Positions 55,677 to 56,039 of a DNA stretch of 56,039 bases are shown here, piece by piece. The notes under the pieces were generated by a model that searched no databases, was not told where the DNA came from, and was given only the letters and a program-made list of their open reading frames with translations. This stretch comes from Chthonomonadaceae bacterium (GTDB lineage Bacteria > Armatimonadota > Chthonomonadetes > Chthonomonadales > Chthonomonadaceae). The stretch covers positions 1 to 56,039 of the forward strand of contig DASRGZ010000193.1 in NCBI GenBank assembly GCA_035650735.1. The letters are read 5' to 3'. A program made the translations under genes and the position numbers. Position 1 is the first letter of the stretch; each line of letters opens with the position of its first letter.

Positions 55677-55731
55677 CTTAACCGGTTAAGTGGATGCCTA
55701 TAGAGTACACATAGACGGCGTAGTTTGTCAA
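55677..55731 (-). promoter_or_regulatory. Promoter TTGACA-N18-TACTCT with perfect 14-bp operator CTTAACCGGTTAAG (55677-55690)
   Basis: CG-centred palindrome between the -10 box and the LacI start, typical of LacI-family operators. Confidence 0.75.
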
Positions 55732-55852
55732 GAGCCGTTATAAAAATTTCGTCGAAACCGGTATTCCTTGGGGAAGAGGGATGCCTATTATTCGCGGAGG
55801 AATTCAAGAGGAAGTGCTACAGAAAGCAAATGCGATGCGAAGGCTCACATAA

Positions 55853-55886
55853 ACAAAAGAGACCTCCTGAGCGCGCCAGGAGGTCT
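55853..55886 (-). terminator. Probable intrinsic terminator of an upstream minus-strand transcript
   Basis: AGACCTCCTG/CAGGAGGTCT stem followed by CTTTTGTT on the minus strand. Confidence 0.6.
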
Positions 55887-56039
55887 TCCTTGTGTTGCAC
55901 CTCTTTCAGTTACAGAGAAAGGTTTTGTGTGGACCCTGCCTCACTTAGCCCTGCTTGCCTGCCTGCCTCTTGCTCACCCAACCTATCGACCTGGGATGCT
56001 GCCTTAAGTCCCACAGGCATCCAGAAAAACCCTGCGGTC

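Noticed and set aside
56004..56039. Possible 3' end of a minus-strand gene (...DRRVFLDACGT*)
   Set aside because: Too short to support from this window.

Overview
A 56-kb GC-rich bacterial chromosomal segment. Several '[30 protein letters not shown]' DUF1559 prepilin-like genes and a FlgD-tailed exported protein suggest Armatimonadota (Chthonomonadales-like); this is inference. Housekeeping content: nadD-rsfS, maf, rsgA, tRNA-Ser(GGA), tRNA-Arg(CCG), a leucine-catabolism operon (liuBCDE-like), GH29 and GH51 glycosidases, an MsmX-type ABC ATPase, and several two-component proteins. The latter include a kinase/NtrC-type pair followed by a sigma-54 promoter and a REC-PilZ gene. Most interesting observations: (1) An array of three DUF1559 (H-X9-DG) pseudopilins, each followed by tiny membrane-anchored partner proteins sharing a YYxGPF[RK]xK motif, with a common ribosome-binding leader and intergenic stem-loops. 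A fourth pseudopilin sits in a LacI/small protein/pseudopilin/glycosidase locus. (2) A ~47-nt structured mini-element with covarying stems that sits inside other palindromic repeats and inside itself, forming a five-deep nest at 46297-46512. (3) Several other REP-like repeat families. (4) A decayed toxin-antitoxin/Uma2 patch containing a MITE-like insertion. No CRISPR array, rRNA or intact transposase was seen. All family assignments come from motif recognition by eye; no searches were run.
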